From contig CBDANS010000007.1 in NCBI GenBank assembly GCA_965197745.1, positions 1,984,001 to 2,048,000 on the forward strand: a stretch of DNA of 64,000 bases. The letters are read 5' to 3'. The DNA comes from Opitutales bacterium. Its GTDB lineage: Bacteria; Verrucomicrobiota; Verrucomicrobiia; Opitutales; PNEW01. Made by a program: the position numbers and the translations under genes. The notes below the pieces were generated by a model. That model saw only the letters and a list, made by a program, of their open reading frames with translations, did no database searches and was not told where the DNA came from. Positions 32,675-45,020 of the stretch are shown here, piece by piece (position 1 is the stretch's first letter; each line of letters begins with the position of its first letter).

Positions 32675-33020
32675 TGTCATTGCGAGCGGAGCGTGGCAAT
32701 CCAGGCAGATTCCGGTGACATATTTAAAACTGGTTAAAGTACAGTAATTAACTTCGGTTACGTCCACTGGATATTTATTTATTAATAAGGTGTGGCGCAC
32801 TGACTCAGGTTGATAGATTCACGAAACAATATGGAGGGACGCGCGGAACCGGTCGGCCATAGTCCACCCGCGACTGCGGGAAGGGACGACGTGGTGATCG
32901 CGTCCGCGCGTATTCATGCTAACCGATCCCCAACGGCCATGACCGAGCATGGCCCTCCAAAAATCTTCGTCTTCGTCAATGTCTCTCGGTAGCCACGTCG
33001 CGCTGCTCCTCGCAATGACA
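32675..33020. repeat. Palindromic element with TGTCATTGCGAG...CTCGCAATGACA ends enclosing a GGAG-footed REPIN (32833-32958)
   Basis: Perfect 12-bp terminal inverted repeats; inner GGAGGGACGCG..CGCGTCC and GGCCATG..CATGGCCCTCC arms. Confidence 0.65.
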
Positions 33021-33089
33021 CTAGGGAGGCAGACGAAGACGAAAATTAGGTGATCAGCCCATGTCTTAGTGTTATCAATCGTTGCTTCG

Positions 33090-33265
33090 GAATATAATTA
33101 ACCCTGCTATTCCGCTAACCAGCCTTTAGCGCGATCTACGGCACGACTCCAACCTTCCCGGTGTATTTTCATATCAGCTTGAATATAATTAACCCTGCTA
33201 TTCCGCTAACCAGCCTTTAGCGCGATCTACGGCACGACTCCAACCTTCCCGGTGTATTTTCATAT
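33090..33265. repeat. 85-bp direct tandem duplication (33090-33174 and 33181-33265) covering the glpK 3' end
   Basis: Identical copies separated by CAGCTT. Confidence 0.9.
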
Positions 33266-34680
33266 GATCGCGCCGTGATGAACCGCTGATTAATACTCCA
33301 GTGAGCAGCTATTTCATTTTGATTTTTCCAGTATCCCACCGCAATACCGGCAAGATAAGCCGCGCCAAGGGCTGTGGTCTCAATAACCCGGGGACGAAGA
33401 ACAGGAACTTGCAATAGATCGCTTTGAAATTGCATAAGTATATCATTGGCACAGGCACCGCCATCAACTCGTAATTCCTGAAGTTCGATTCCCGAATCCA
33501 ACTTCATCGCTTCAAGAACGTCGTAACTCTGATAGGCAATACTTTCAAGAGCAGCGCGTGCAATATGGGAAGCGGTCGTTCCTCTTGTCATGCCAACAAG
33601 GGTGCCGCGGGCGTAGGGATCCCAGTGAGGGGCCCCTAAACCTGAAAACGCGGGGACCAGGTAAACGCCATCAGATTCGGCTACTTTATTCGCCAATGGC
33701 TCAACTTCGGAAGCTTTTTCGATCAGCCCCAGTCCATCCCGCAACCATTGAACTACGGCTCCCCCCATAAAGACACTGCCTTCAAGCGCATACGTTATTT
33801 CATCCCCTATTTTCCAGGCAATGGTGGTTAATAGGTTATTCTTTGATACCACCGGGTCTTTTCCGATGTTTAAAAGAAGAAAACAACCCGTCCCGTATGT
33901 ATTCTTGGCCATTCCCGTTTTAAAACAACTTTGTCCGAAGAGAGCTGCCTGTTGATCACCGGCAATACCGGCAATAGGTGTTCCCTTGAGTTCAGTTAAC
34001 TGTTCGGTCTCCGCATAAACTTCACTGGAGGAGTGGACCTCAGGTAAAAGGGATGGTGGAATATTAAGTATTCCTAAAAGCTCTTCATCCCAGGCACCGG
34101 TATGTATATTAAAGAGAAGCGTACGTGAAGCATTGGTGGCATCCGTGATGTGTGTTTTCCCGTTGGTAAGCTTCCATATAATCCAACTGTCGACAGTTCC
34201 AAAAGCCAGCTTACCGCTTTCCGCTTTTTCCCTGGCGTCAGGAATATTTTCAAGTATCCATTTTATCTTTGTCCCGGAAAAATAGGGGTCTAAAAGTAAT
34301 CCTGTTTTCTTTCTGAATACTTTTTCTAATCCCTCTTCTTTGAGTGAAGCACAAATATCGGAAGTTCGGCGATCTTGCCAGACAATAGCATTGTATAGGG
34401 GGTCACCCGTCCGGCGATCCCACAGTATAGTCGTTTCACGCTGATTGGTTATTCCCATCGCGGCGACATCTTCTTTAAATATTCCCGCTTTTTTTGTCGC
34501 TTCAATGGCCACACTGCACTGCGATTTCCAAATCTCTTCGGGGTCGTGTTCCACCCACCCCGGTTTCGGGAATAGCTGTTTAATTTCTTTTTGAGCCACT
34601 GCCTTTATCAACCCGTCATGGTCAAAAAGAATGGCTCGCGAACTCGTCGTTCCCTGATCCAGCGCTAATATATATTTCAT
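33217..34680 (-). CDS. glpK: Glycerol kinase with frameshifted C-terminal tail
   Basis: [36 protein letters not shown]; the normal tail [11 protein letters not shown] is out of frame. Confidence 0.93.
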   Translation of the reverse strand: MKYILALDQGTTSSRAILFDHDGLIKAVAQKEIKQLFPKPGWVEHDPEEIWKSQCSVAIEATKKAGIFKEDVAAMGITNQRETTILWDRRTGDPLYNAIVWQDRRTSDICASLKEEGLEKVFRKKTGLLLDPYFSGTKIKWILENIPDAREKAESGKLAFGTVDSWIIWKLTNGKTHITDATNASRTLLFNIHTGAWDEELLGILNIPPSLLPEVHSSSEVYAETEQLTELKGTPIAGIAGDQQAALFGQSCFKTGMAKNTYGTGCFLLLNIGKDPVVSKNNLLTTIAWKIGDEITYALEGSVFMGGAVVQWLRDGLGLIEKASEVEPLANKVAESDGVYLVPAFSGLGAPHWDPYARGTLVGMTRGTTASHIARAALESIAYQSYDVLEAMKLDSGIELQELRVDGGACANDILMQFQSDLLQVPVLRPRVIETTALGAAYLAGIAVGYWKNQNEIAAHWSINQRFITARSYENTPGRLESCRRSR

Positions 34681-34956
34681 CGTTTAAATACCTGTTTCAT
34701 CAACATCCACTCCCCTAAGTATAATATATAAATTAGGGTGACGATCAAGTTGTGTCATTTCTCAAGATGAAGGTGATAACGATTGCAGCTATATTAATGA
34801 ATATTTGAGTTCAATAACCGGGCTGCAGATTAATCTTTCTCTTATATTATTAAAGTGTTTTACTTGTAATTACTTCTTATTGCCTGATTTCCGGAAAATT
34901 TATTTATTTTTTTCGTGATTTTTAATACTTAACCAGTAACCTCAGCGTTTTCTCTA

Positions 34957-36720
34957 ATGCTTAACTTTGCTGATCAATGTCTGGACATGGCCCAATCGAT
35001 ACTGGGACACAACCTTGAGGCCATAAATGATGATGGGGCTATTAGTCCAATAGAAGGTGAAAAGACAAGGCCCGAGGAACCGGGCCATGCGGCATTTGCT
35101 ATAGGCGAATACTACCGTGCCACGGGAGAAGTACAGCTGGGTAATTTCGATCTCATTGATCTTGCGGCGCGTTGCATTACGGCCCAGGTATTTACGGAGG
35201 AAGATGATGAGAATGGCCTTGCTTATACCGCGCTGGGCCTGCTCTCCTTTGGACCGGTAAAAGACCGCAATCCTGTCTGGGAACGGTTACTCGACCCAAC
35301 TCGTGAGCGTCTTGATAAAATGCTTCTGGCGAGAAGTGATTATAATAACCATCTCCAGGCTTACAATATTGCTAAATCGGTAGCCCGTTTCAGCATGGGC
35401 TTGTCTAAAAAGGATGAAACGGGAAGGCTCATTGACCGTTTTATCGAACGCATTGAAGAAAACAGCACGGGAGGCTACTGTGACGATGCCCCCGATATTG
35501 GCCTCGGTGGAGCCTATAATATATATGGCATTCTAAGTTTTGTCTTCATCCGACAGGCACTTCAACTGCATGCCAATATGAATATTTGTGAATACAAATT
35601 ACCCAGCCTTCGTACTTTTGCCGAAAAGTATATCCGCATGATGCCAGATATAGTCCGGCAAGACGGTCTTGGATGGATATACGGCAAGGGTATCGGTGCC
35701 AATGGCCAGATGCTTTGTATCAGCGTCATTCTCCAGGCCATGCGTGACGAGTGGATAAGCGAGGATCAAAAACCGCTTTATTTAAATATCCTTCGACGTC
35801 TCTTCCAGTTTTTTTTCATGACCTACCTGGACCAGGAGGAAGGAGTGCTCGTAGTAAGAGATGCTGAACGGACCACTATTGATGAACAGACTTCTCGCAT
35901 GGCCGATTTTGATGGAGCCCGTTTTCTGAGCCAATGGTCACGTCTGGCTCGGGCTATCGGTGGAACCATGAACGCCCAACCCGTAAATACAAAACCCACC
36001 GGTCGTTTCATCATTTTTAACAAGAACAACCGCCGGGAACGCGGCCTTTTCATTTATCAGGATCCCAATAGCGGGTTACATATCAATCTCCCACTCGTCG
36101 GACAGGGTAATCACCGTTTCTCGGATTCACTCGCCTTTCCCCATTGTCCCGGCATTTTCGACTGGCCCGCGAATAACTATATGCCCATTTTAATTCCGGA
36201 ACTGACTTTTGGTGATAATGTCATTATCCCTTCCTTTTACGGTCACCGCTGTGTAACCGGATTGGGTCTTCGTAATTCCTTTTATTTTCGTTTTGAACAA
36301 CCAGACCTGATTACCCGTGATGAAAGGATTATTTCAGGTCTTGGCAGTGTGAAGGTATCATGGACATTTTCTGCAAACAAGGTAATGAGTGATTTCATTT
36401 TCACCGTAAAAAACCAGGTTCAACTGGACCAGATGCGCTATGTCTTTTTGATTGCCACCAGCCACTCAAACTACCGTCTTGGCACGGCTTTTGGCCTCGG
36501 CCGGGAAGGTATAGGTTGCAAAGTCCATAAGGACGATTTTCAAGGTGTCTGGCAGGAGGCGGAGATGGTCACAAACGAGCCCAACTACAAAAACTATTGG
36601 GGTAAGATTCATTACCTGCAAATGCTTATACGCGATCACCCACTTATCATGCGTCCAAGCCAACAGTATAGACTTACGGTATCATATGAACCCGATATTG
36701 TTTTTGCTGAAGAACAATAA
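34957..36720 (+). CDS. Hypothetical protein (587 aa)
   Basis: Long ORF ending 12 bp before hisF; no motif recognised. Confidence 0.75.
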   Translation: MLNFADQCLDMAQSILGHNLEAINDDGAISPIEGEKTRPEEPGHAAFAIGEYYRATGEVQLGNFDLIDLAARCITAQVFTEEDDENGLAYTALGLLSFGPVKDRNPVWERLLDPTRERLDKMLLARSDYNNHLQAYNIAKSVARFSMGLSKKDETGRLIDRFIERIEENSTGGYCDDAPDIGLGGAYNIYGILSFVFIRQALQLHANMNICEYKLPSLRTFAEKYIRMMPDIVRQDGLGWIYGKGIGANGQMLCISVILQAMRDEWISEDQKPLYLNILRRLFQFFFMTYLDQEEGVLVVRDAERTTIDEQTSRMADFDGARFLSQWSRLARAIGGTMNAQPVNTKPTGRFIIFNKNNRRERGLFIYQDPNSGLHINLPLVGQGNHRFSDSLAFPHCPGIFDWPANNYMPILIPELTFGDNVIIPSFYGHRCVTGLGLRNSFYFRFEQPDLITRDERIISGLGSVKVSWTFSANKVMSDFIFTVKNQVQLDQMRYVFLIATSHSNYRLGTAFGLGREGIGCKVHKDDFQGVWQEAEMVTNEPNYKNYWGKIHYLQMLIRDHPLIMRPSQQYRLTVSYEPDIVFAEEQ

Positions 36721-36732
36721 GCTTACTCAATC

Positions 36733-37494
36733 ATGCTTTCGGCAAGAATCATACCCTGCCTTGATGTTAATGCTGGCCGGGTCGTAAAGGGCGTTAAGTT
36801 TAAAAATCTCCAGGACGCGGGTGATCCCGTAGGAGCGGCCAAAGCTTACGAGGAACAGGGAGCAGATGAACTTGTATTCCTCGATATTACCGCATCAAGC
36901 GATGAACGGGAAATAATGCAGCATGTCGTCGAGATGACCGCCTCCCAGTGTTTTATGCCTTTGACCGTAGGCGGCGGCCTGCGCGACCTTAATAATATTC
37001 GACAAATGTTAAATGCAGGGGCCGATAAGGTAAGTCTTAATACCGCTGCCGTTAATAATCCTGATCTTGTAATCCAGTCAGCAGGTAAGTTTGGCAATCA
37101 GTGCATTGTTGTTGCCATCGACGCAAAACGGGAAAAGGGAGAGGATCGCTGGCGGGTTTATACACACGGGGGGCGTAATCCTACCGATCTCGACGCTGTT
37201 GAATGGGCGCAAAAAGTAGTTTCCTACGGAGCTGGAGAAATATTGCTTACCAGTATGGATCAAGACGGCACCCAGGAAGGATATGATATTGAACTCACCC
37301 GCAGAATCAGCGAATCAGTCTCCGTGCCAGTGATCGCTTCGGGAGGAGCCGGGAATCTCGACCACCTTGTCTCAGTCCTGAAGGAAGGTAAGGCGAATGC
37401 CGTACTTGCCGCTTCAATATTTCATTATGGGACCTATACAATTAAAGAGGCAAAGCAAACCTTGTCAAAAGCCGGTATTCCAGTGCGTTTATAA
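36733..37494 (+). CDS. hisF: Imidazole glycerol phosphate synthase subunit HisF
   Basis: [36 protein letters not shown]. Confidence 0.97.
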   Translation: MLSARIIPCLDVNAGRVVKGVKFKNLQDAGDPVGAAKAYEEQGADELVFLDITASSDEREIMQHVVEMTASQCFMPLTVGGGLRDLNNIRQMLNAGADKVSLNTAAVNNPDLVIQSAGKFGNQCIVVAIDAKREKGEDRWRVYTHGGRNPTDLDAVEWAQKVVSYGAGEILLTSMDQDGTQEGYDIELTRRISESVSVPVIASGGAGNLDHLVSVLKEGKANAVLAASIFHYGTYTIKEAKQTLSKAGIPVRL

Positions 37495-37532
37495 CACGCT
37501 TGGAATTAGCGTTTCCATGTTATTGAAATCCG

Positions 37533-37745
37533 TCAGAGATTATCGGGCCTGCCGCGTAAAAAATCCAGGGCCTTACTGTAACTCCTTCTCTGGAGATAGT
37601 GAATTAAACGTTCATCCATTTCCTCAGCTCGCCCCTGGAGTAACGAATCAAGATCTTTTATGGCCTTGATTATGGACTCACCGCCCGTGTCACTTGCGCG
37701 CTCAACGATAACCGCTAATCGCCTCTCAATTTCATTATTTAACAT
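37533..37745 (-). CDS. Small hypothetical protein
   Basis: 70-aa helical ORF with ATG start (HYLQRRSY.KAL motif) filling the gap between hisF and sucA. Confidence 0.55.
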   Translation of the reverse strand: MLNNEIERRLAVIVERASDTGGESIIKAIKDLDSLLQGRAEEMDERLIHYLQRRSYSKALDFLRGRPDNL

Positions 37746-37864
37746 TCCAGAAATATTTTTCGGCGCAAGAAAAAATCTAATTTAATTAAAGAGCCTAATT
37801 ACTTGAATTTACGGCATCCATGGTTTAATTATTTATTCCCTAAAGGCAACGAGATCAACTAAAA

Positions 37865-40603
37865 ATGAAACAACTAAGATTTGCAAATCGTTGGAATGCC
37901 GACCTCATCGATGAATATTATGATCGTTGGTTGGAAAACCCTGAAGAACTCGATGAAAATTGGATAGCGTTTTTTGAAGGTTTTGAGTTAGCCGCCAATG
38001 GAGACGGACCAACTGTGCCAACGGGGGGTGATACACAGGCACCGTCAGCGTTGAAGCAAGCCCGCTTCACAGGAGCAATATATGCCTATCGTTCTATCGG
38101 CCATACTATGGCAAATTTCAATCCCCTTTTAAAATCGGTCGCATTTAACCCTCGCCTTTCTCTGGAACGCCTTGGGTTTACAGAGGGAGATCTTGATACT
38201 GAGTATCACCCCGGTCAATATCGCGACGGTAAAGCACTGTCGGTCCGCCAGCTTCTAAAAGATTTAATGGCCACCTATTGCGGTCCCATAGGTGTGGAAT
38301 ACCAGCATATTCAGGAGACAGAACCACGCCGCTGGATTCAAAACAAAATTGAACCCTCGTTAAACAAGCCTGATTTTTCGCGCCAGAAAAAATTATTTAT
38401 CCTGGAAGATATCCTCGAAGCGGAAGCTTTTGAAAAATTCCTCCACACGCGCTACGTTGGCCAGAAGCGATTTTCGCTCGAAGGTGGTGAGACCATCGTC
38501 CCCTGCTTGCATGCCGTAGTGGAAAAATGTTCGGAACTGGGAATCCAGGAAATTGTTATGGGCATGGCACATCGCGGGCGCCTTAATATCCTCGCTAACA
38601 TCCTGGGCAAATCTTATGATTTTATTTTCGATGAGTTTTCCGAAAACTATATGCCGGAAACCATTCATGGCGATGGGGATGTTAAGTACCATCTGGGATA
38701 CGAGGCACAGCTTAATACCGCTTCAGGGGAAACCATGAATTTTCATCTGGCGGCCAATCCCAGTCATTTGGAAGCCGTCAATCCGATTGCCGAAGGCCGC
38801 GCCCGCGCGCGCCAGCGTATTCTCGGAGACTTGGATCGCAAAATAGTATTGCCTATCCTCATTCACGGTGATGCCGCCTTTGCCGGGCAGGGAATAGTAT
38901 GCGAAGTTTTAAATCTTTCACAACTTAAAGGCTATACCACGGGCGGCACCCTTCATTTTATCATTAATAATCAAATCGGGTTTACTACCGATCCCTCTGA
39001 AGCCCGTTCCAGCCTGTATTGCACGGATGTCGCAAAAATGGTTGATGCCCCCATATTTCACGTCAATGGAGATGATCCTCTCTCCATGGTATTTGTCACT
39101 GAATTAGCACTCGATTACCGACAGAAATTTGGGCAGGACGTAGTCATCGACATGTATTGCTATCGACGCCATGGACATAACGAAGCCGATGAACCGGCTT
39201 TCACCCAACCCCTCCTCTATGAGCGGATTTCAAAGCATCCATTGATCAGTGAAACTTTCTGCAAACAATTAATCAGCGAAGGCGAGTTGGATGAAACAGA
39301 AGCGGAAAAGATTAAGGAAAGCTATCAAAAGACCCTTGATGCTGCTTTTAATCGCGCCAAGAAAACAGAGACGGATAATATTAATGCTGATAATAAGAAA
39401 TTTATGGGCTCGAGCGCGATTTTTCAGCCACCTTACAATTTTCGTCCGGTAAAGACAAATGTGCGCAAAGAAGCCCTCGATAAAGTCGTCGGAGCCCTCA
39501 CTTCGATCCCCGAAAAAATAAATATAAATCGTAAAATCATTCGCCTGCTCATGAACAGGCGCAAAGGATACGAAGAGGACGTGGGGATTGACTGGTCATT
39601 TGCCGAACAAATCGCCTGGGGAGCGCTTATGCTCGACGGAACTCCGGTGCGTATCTCAGGCCAGGACTGCGCGCGAGGAACCTTCAGTCAAAGGCACGCC
39701 GTCTTTTATGATTCTGAAACACGGGAGAGCTATTTTCCGCTTATGGAAATGAAGGACCGCAGGGCTATTCAGTGCGTGCATAACTCGATGCTTTCAGAAG
39801 CCGCGGTGCTTGGCTTTGATTATGGTTATTCACTGGATTACCCCCAAATGCTTTGTATGTGGGAGGCTCAATTTGGAGACTTTGTCAATGGGGCTCAGGT
39901 CATTATCGATCAGTTTATCACCAGTGCTGAATCAAAGTGGCAACAGGTAAGTGGCATCGTTCTCTTATTGCCCCACGGATACGAGGGACAGGGACCTGAG
40001 CACTCCTCGGCGCGCCTTGAAAGATTTTTACAGGCCTGTGCTGAAGATAATATTCAGGTTTGTAACATGACCACTCCCGCCCAGTATTTTCATGTTTTGC
40101 GGCGCCAGATGAAACGGGATTTTCGTACGCCATTGATTATCATGGCCCCTAAAAGCATATTGCGCCATAAACGGGCCGTATCACGCGTTGAAGATTTCAC
40201 CAAGGGGACGTTTCAAGAAATTATGGACGATCAAAACCCCGGTAAAAAAGTAAAGCGAATTATATTGAGCACCGGTAAAATATTTTACGATTTGGAGGAA
40301 TACAGGCTCAAGAATAAGATAGAAGATGCCGCGTTGATACGTGTCGAACAGCTCTACCCTTTTCATCGTAAATTACTGGAAAAACTCATTGATAAATATG
40401 GCCAGGACAAAAAATTAGTATGGTGTCAGGAAGAGTCGCAGAATATGGGCGCATGGACTTTCATTGCACCGGTTATTGAAGAGATCACTGGCCATAAACC
40501 ACAGTATGCCGGCCGTGATGCCAGCGCTAGCACAGCGGTAGGATCACATGCGCTACACAAAGTGGAACAGGCAGCTTTAATAGAAACCGCATTTCTGGGT
40601 TGA
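37865..40603 (+). CDS. sucA: 2-oxoglutarate dehydrogenase E1
   Basis: [39 protein letters not shown]. Confidence 0.97.
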   Translation: MKQLRFANRWNADLIDEYYDRWLENPEELDENWIAFFEGFELAANGDGPTVPTGGDTQAPSALKQARFTGAIYAYRSIGHTMANFNPLLKSVAFNPRLSLERLGFTEGDLDTEYHPGQYRDGKALSVRQLLKDLMATYCGPIGVEYQHIQETEPRRWIQNKIEPSLNKPDFSRQKKLFILEDILEAEAFEKFLHTRYVGQKRFSLEGGETIVPCLHAVVEKCSELGIQEIVMGMAHRGRLNILANILGKSYDFIFDEFSENYMPETIHGDGDVKYHLGYEAQLNTASGETMNFHLAANPSHLEAVNPIAEGRARARQRILGDLDRKIVLPILIHGDAAFAGQGIVCEVLNLSQLKGYTTGGTLHFIINNQIGFTTDPSEARSSLYCTDVAKMVDAPIFHVNGDDPLSMVFVTELALDYRQKFGQDVVIDMYCYRRHGHNEADEPAFTQPLLYERISKHPLISETFCKQLISEGELDETEAEKIKESYQKTLDAAFNRAKKTETDNINADNKKFMGSSAIFQPPYNFRPVKTNVRKEALDKVVGALTSIPEKININRKIIRLLMNRRKGYEEDVGIDWSFAEQIAWGALMLDGTPVRISGQDCARGTFSQRHAVFYDSETRESYFPLMEMKDRRAIQCVHNSMLSEAAVLGFDYGYSLDYPQMLCMWEAQFGDFVNGAQVIIDQFITSAESKWQQVSGIVLLLPHGYEGQGPEHSSARLERFLQACAEDNIQVCNMTTPAQYFHVLRRQMKRDFRTPLIIMAPKSILRHKRAVSRVEDFTKGTFQEIMDDQNPGKKVKRIILSTGKIFYDLEEYRLKNKIEDAALIRVEQLYPFHRKLLEKLIDKYGQDKKLVWCQEESQNMGAWTFIAPVIEEITGHKPQYAGRDASASTAVGSHALHKVEQAALIETAFLG

Positions 40604-40664
40604 TTGACTCAGCATCTTGAAGGTGTCGCTTGCTATTTCAAGATGATCTCTGCATCCTGAAATC

Positions 40665-41960
40665 ATGGCTACGGAAATTAAAGTGCCCTCAATGGGCGAA
40701 TCTATCACCAGTGGCATAATCGCCGCCTGGCATGTTAATGATGGGGACGTTGTCGAAAACGGCCAAATCCTTTACGAGTTGGAAACGGACAAGATTACCT
40801 CCGAAGCTCAGGCTGAAATCGGAGGTAAAATAAAATTGATTGTAGCAGAAGGAGACGAAGTAGAAATCGGCCAGGTGATTGCTTCTATTGATGAGTCTGT
40901 AAGCTCTGTGGCGAAAGAACCGGCAAAAGTTGAAGATAAAAAACTCCCTGCTCCTGCAAAAGAATCGGAAGGAGCAAAAGAAGATGAAGCGGCCATAGTT
41001 AAGAGCAAAGAAAAAATCGCCCCTCAAGTGGAAACACCGGTATCTCCAGCAGTACGCCGATTGGCCACTGAATCAGGAATTGATCCCGCGACGGTTGAAG
41101 GATCAGGAAAAGGGGGGCGCGTTACCAAAGGTGACTTGATTACTGCGCGTGAAGGTTCCGATGGAAAAGACAAAAGCGCAGTTCCAGATATTCAGGTAAC
41201 GACACCGTCCAAACCCCGCGAAGTCGAAGTCACTTCAGCAGTGACCCCATCGGTGTCTTCAACACGAAGTACAAGAAAAAAAATGTCCCCCATGCGCAAG
41301 CGTATCGCCGAACGCCTCGTTGCGGCCCAAAATACTGCGGCTATCCTCACTACTTTCAATGAGGTTGATATGAGCGCGGTGATGAACCTTCGAAAAAATC
41401 ACCAGGACCGCTTTGTAGAAAAACACGGGGTCAAACTTGGGTTTATGTCATTTTTTGTGAAAGCCGCAGTTAATGCCCTCATTGAAATCCCCGCGCTTAA
41501 TGGTCAAATCGACGGTGAGATGATGATTGAGAATCATTATTATGACATCGGTGTAGCGGTAGGAACAAAAAAAGGACTGCTCGTGCCGGTGGTTCGTGAC
41601 TGCGACCAACTGAGTTTTGCGGGTATTGAGAAGCAGATTATTGCTTATGCCACAAAAGCGCGTGAAGGGAAAATATCGATTGAGGATCTCCAAGGGGGTG
41701 TTTTTACCATTTCCAATGGCGGGATTTTCGGTTCCATGCTTTCTACTCCCATACTCAATATGCCACAAAGCGGTATTCTGGGAATGCATACCATTCAACA
41801 AAGACCCGTCGTCGTTAATAACGAAATTGTCATTCGCCCTATGATGTATCTCGCTCTTTCTTACGACCACCGTATTGTTGACGGACAGGAAGCGGTTACC
41901 TTTCTCGTCAGGGTGAAAGAAGCGATAGAGGACCCGGCGAGACTTATGTTCGACATTTAA
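40665..41960 (+). CDS. sucB: Dihydrolipoamide succinyltransferase E2
   Basis: Lipoyl ETDK, E3-binding domain, DHRIVDG. Confidence 0.96.
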   Translation: MATEIKVPSMGESITSGIIAAWHVNDGDVVENGQILYELETDKITSEAQAEIGGKIKLIVAEGDEVEIGQVIASIDESVSSVAKEPAKVEDKKLPAPAKESEGAKEDEAAIVKSKEKIAPQVETPVSPAVRRLATESGIDPATVEGSGKGGRVTKGDLITAREGSDGKDKSAVPDIQVTTPSKPREVEVTSAVTPSVSSTRSTRKKMSPMRKRIAERLVAAQNTAAILTTFNEVDMSAVMNLRKNHQDRFVEKHGVKLGFMSFFVKAAVNALIEIPALNGQIDGEMMIENHYYDIGVAVGTKKGLLVPVVRDCDQLSFAGIEKQIIAYATKAREGKISIEDLQGGVFTISNGGIFGSMLSTPILNMPQSGILGMHTIQQRPVVVNNEIVIRPMMYLALSYDHRIVDGQEAVTFLVRVKEAIEDPARLMFDI

Positions 41961-41971
41961 GGGAGTGATTT

Positions 41972-43375
41972 ATGCCCGAAGACACATTTGATTTAGGAGT
42001 GATTGGCTCCGGGCCGGGAGGATATGTCGCCGCCATACGCGGAGCCCAGCTCGGTTTGAAAACCGCCCTTATCGAAAAAGATAAAAACCTTGGCGGAACC
42101 TGCCTTAATGTAGGATGCATTCCCAGTAAAGCACTCTTGCATTCAACAGAGATGTATCATTTCGCCGCTCATGAGAGCTCCGCTCACGGAATAAAAATCG
42201 GTGACGTGTCGATGGATATTGCGACCTTAATGAAAAAGAAAAACGGTGTCGTTAATACCTTGCGCAAAGGCGTCGAAACACTTGTCAAAAAGCGAAAGAT
42301 CGCGATCTTCAATGGTCATGGAAAATTGCTTGGTAATGGTAAAATCGAAATTAAAAGCGAAAATGATTCAGAAGAAATAGTTGCGCGCAATATTATCCTC
42401 GCTACCGGCTCCAAAGTCGCTGAACTGCCATTTTTAAAATGTGACGGAAAGCACGTTGTCTCTAGCGATGATGCCATCGCTTTCGATAGTGCACCGGAAA
42501 AACTCATTGTCATCGGGGGTGGAGCAATTGGACTGGAACTGGGTTCTGTTTGGTCGCGATTGGGAAGTGACGTAACGATCGTAGAATTTCTTCCTCGCAT
42601 TGCCGCAACTTATGATCCTGACATTACCCAGCTGGCAGAGTGTATTTTTAAAAAACAGGGTATGAAAATTGAAACTGATGCCAAGGTAACCGGAGTGAAA
42701 ATTAATAGTGAACACTCAATAGTATCTGTTGATAAAAAAGGTAAGACAATGGAGCTCACGGCGGACAAAGTTCTCCTCAGCGTAGGACGTGTTCCTTATA
42801 ATGATGGGCTTGGTCTTGAAGATGTCGGTGTTGATAAAGATGATCGTGGACGGATTATTACCGATGAATCTTATCGCACAAACGTCGAGGGGATCTATGC
42901 TATTGGCGACACCATCGCGGGGCCGATGCTCGCTCATAAAGCGGAAGAAGAAGGTGCCGCTGCCGCGGAAATTATTGCCGGGAAAGCGGGCCACGTAAAT
43001 TATAAAGCCATACCTAACGTCATTTACACTGAACCTGAAATGGCAAGTGTGGGTGTTTCCGAAGAGGAAGCCAAAGAGGAAAAATGTGAAACACGAATCG
43101 GTAAATTCCCACTAGCGGCGAACGGTCGCGCCCTCGCTTCCGGCACCACCGATGGAATGGTAAAAGTCATTGCCGATGCCGTGACTGACCGATTACTCGG
43201 AGTCCAGGTTATCAGTCATAATGCATCAGAACTGATTGCCGCCGCCGTCGTGCACATGGAGTACGGCGGCAGCGCGGAGGACATGGCCAGAACCGTGACC
43301 GCCCACCCCACCCTTTCAGAATCCCTTAAAGAAGCCGCCATGGCCGTTGATAAAGCCTCAATTCACTCCCTCTGA
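41972..43375 (+). CDS. lpdA: Dihydrolipoyl dehydrogenase E3
   Basis: [25 protein letters not shown]. Confidence 0.96.
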   Translation: MPEDTFDLGVIGSGPGGYVAAIRGAQLGLKTALIEKDKNLGGTCLNVGCIPSKALLHSTEMYHFAAHESSAHGIKIGDVSMDIATLMKKKNGVVNTLRKGVETLVKKRKIAIFNGHGKLLGNGKIEIKSENDSEEIVARNIILATGSKVAELPFLKCDGKHVVSSDDAIAFDSAPEKLIVIGGGAIGLELGSVWSRLGSDVTIVEFLPRIAATYDPDITQLAECIFKKQGMKIETDAKVTGVKINSEHSIVSVDKKGKTMELTADKVLLSVGRVPYNDGLGLEDVGVDKDDRGRIITDESYRTNVEGIYAIGDTIAGPMLAHKAEEEGAAAAEIIAGKAGHVNYKAIPNVIYTEPEMASVGVSEEEAKEEKCETRIGKFPLAANGRALASGTTDGMVKVIADAVTDRLLGVQVISHNASELIAAAVVHMEYGGSAEDMARTVTAHPTLSESLKEAAMAVDKASIHSL

Positions 43376-43477
43376 GTTGAGCTCTTCAAGCAGGGGAAAC
43401 GCGCTGTCTGCCTGACGTGCGTAGTTACGAAGAGCTACGAATAGAGCGGCTAATGATCGAACCAAAAGTCGAAAACT

Positions 43478-43572
43478 GGAGGGACGTGCTCCGTCACGTC
43501 CGTATCAAGTTTTTAAAAAAGTAAATTAAATAATTCTTCCCTCACAGCGGACGCAACGGAGTGCGTCCCCCC
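43478..43572. repeat. REPIN-like doublet of inverted GGAG-footed REP hairpins
   Basis: GGAG-GGACGTG-CTCCGT-CACGTCC and inverted CGGACGCAACGGAGTGCGTCCCCCC. Confidence 0.75.
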
Positions 43573-43611
43573 ATTTATTTATTATAAAATCATAGCAGAA
43601 CATGCATCCCA

Positions 43612-43695
43612 CATCCCTTGGCACGACGAAGCCTTGGCGAAGGCGGCCGCATCCCTCGGCACGACGAAGTCCCGCCATCACGGGACGAAGGCGGC
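43612..43695. repeat. Two tandem micro-palindromic units CATCCCTYGGCACGACGAAG-hairpin-CGAAGGCGGC
   Basis: Shared flanks with different internal hairpins (GCCTTGGC versus GTCCCG..CGGGAC). Confidence 0.6.
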
Positions 43696-43741
43696 TGTAT
43701 ACCATTGACCATTAAGAAAAAATAAATAAATTCCGATAGTT

Positions 43742-43829
43742 GGAGAGATGGCAGAGTGGCCGATCGCGGTAGTCTTGAAAACTATTGAACCGAAAGGTTC
43801 CGGGGGTTCGAATCCCCCTCTCTCCGCCA
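43742..43829 (+). tRNA. tRNA-Ser(TGA)
   Basis: GGAGAGA/TCTCTCC acceptor stem, anticodon loop CTTGAAA, long variable arm, GTTCGAATC T-loop, encoded CCA. Confidence 0.95.
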
Positions 43830-44085
43830 TTTTGTAAGCTATTGTTTACCTGTATCTTATGGATTATAAGGTTCAGGATATAGTCAAAGTTACAATAGAT
43901 TCGCCGATATCCAAGGATAACGCTGACTGAAATTAATTACTTTACCCCTGATAATTTAGGGGGGCGGGGGGAAGTAAAAATACATCTCCCTCTTCAATCG
44001 ATAATCCATTAACCCATATACAGCGGAGGTGAAAAAGGGGAAATCAAAACCAGGGGTTAACCGCAAAGTCGCATCATCATTCTAA

Positions 44086-44967
44086 TTATTCATTACCTTC
44101 TTTCATAGGTTCGATAAAGCCCCACTTCTCCAACCATTTTATCCAGCGCGCTCTCTTGGAGCTGCCTTCAGGATTGGCTAACCACCACGGATGGTAATAT
44201 GGTGAATTTTGCAAATCCATTGCCGGACTGATGGTTTTGGCATCTTCCACCAGAACATGCAGATCCTTTTCTTCTTTAGCAGTCGTTGGATTGCTGTAAA
44301 AGGAAAGGGAACAGTTCCTGCGGTCTTCATAACCACCAAAAGCCGCGTGCCATGTGTTCTGGTTAAAAGTAATGACATCACCCGGTTGCGAACAAAATAT
44401 ATAGCAGGGGATATCTTCACCGCGGAATTCGGAATCTTTGAGAAACTGTGGTTCACTATCATTGGAACTATTCAACCCTATGCGTAGCAATTCATCGAAT
44501 AAAGGACTCTTATGCGAACCTGGTATGAGACGCAATGATCCGTGGTCACTGGTTGTAGGTTGCAGATAGACAAGATTTTTGAGCATACACAAATGTCGCT
44601 GCCTCGAATCCGGATGCCAGGCAGTGTTATGTCTAAAACTGTTGGCATTGGAACGCACAGGAACGGTGTCCTCTCCCAGTAATTGTTCTGTGGATACGTA
44701 AATGCGTGGATCCTCCAATAAACTTGCCATATAAGGTGTCTCCGGAATCAAGTTAGACCATTTACAGCCCCAACGACCCCGGCAGTCCCAGCCCCTGAGA
44801 TCTTTCTTTTGATCAAAATCATCTTTTATGGTGGCAAGATGCTTATCGAATTCCTCATTAATCCTGTCAATTTCCTTTGGGTTAAAAACTTGACGACGGA
44901 TAAGAAAGCCAAAAGTTTCAAAACGTTGGATCTGCTCTTCTGTGAGACTATGATTTTCCTGTATTAT
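44086..44967 (-). CDS. Phytanoyl-CoA dioxygenase (PhyH)-family protein with no canonical start for the full-length frame
   Basis: LTEEQIQRFETFGF N-terminus lies upstream of the called TTG; WHPD, LRLIPGSH and HAA motifs. Confidence 0.75.
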   Translation of the reverse strand: MIQENHSLTEEQIQRFETFGFLIRRQVFNPKEIDRINEEFDKHLATIKDDFDQKKDLRGWDCRGRWGCKWSNLIPETPYMASLLEDPRIYVSTEQLLGEDTVPVRSNANSFRHNTAWHPDSRQRHLCMLKNLVYLQPTTSDHGSLRLIPGSHKSPLFDELLRIGLNSSNDSEPQFLKDSEFRGEDIPCYIFCSQPGDVITFNQNTWHAAFGGYEDRRNCSLSFYSNPTTAKEEKDLHVLVEDAKTISPAMDLQNSPYYHPWWLANPEGSSKRARWIKWLEKWGFIEPMKEGNE

Positions 44968-45020
44968 AATATTAGTTACCTTAGGAGAGTTGGTATCAGA
45001 GATAAAAAGGGGTCAGGCTG

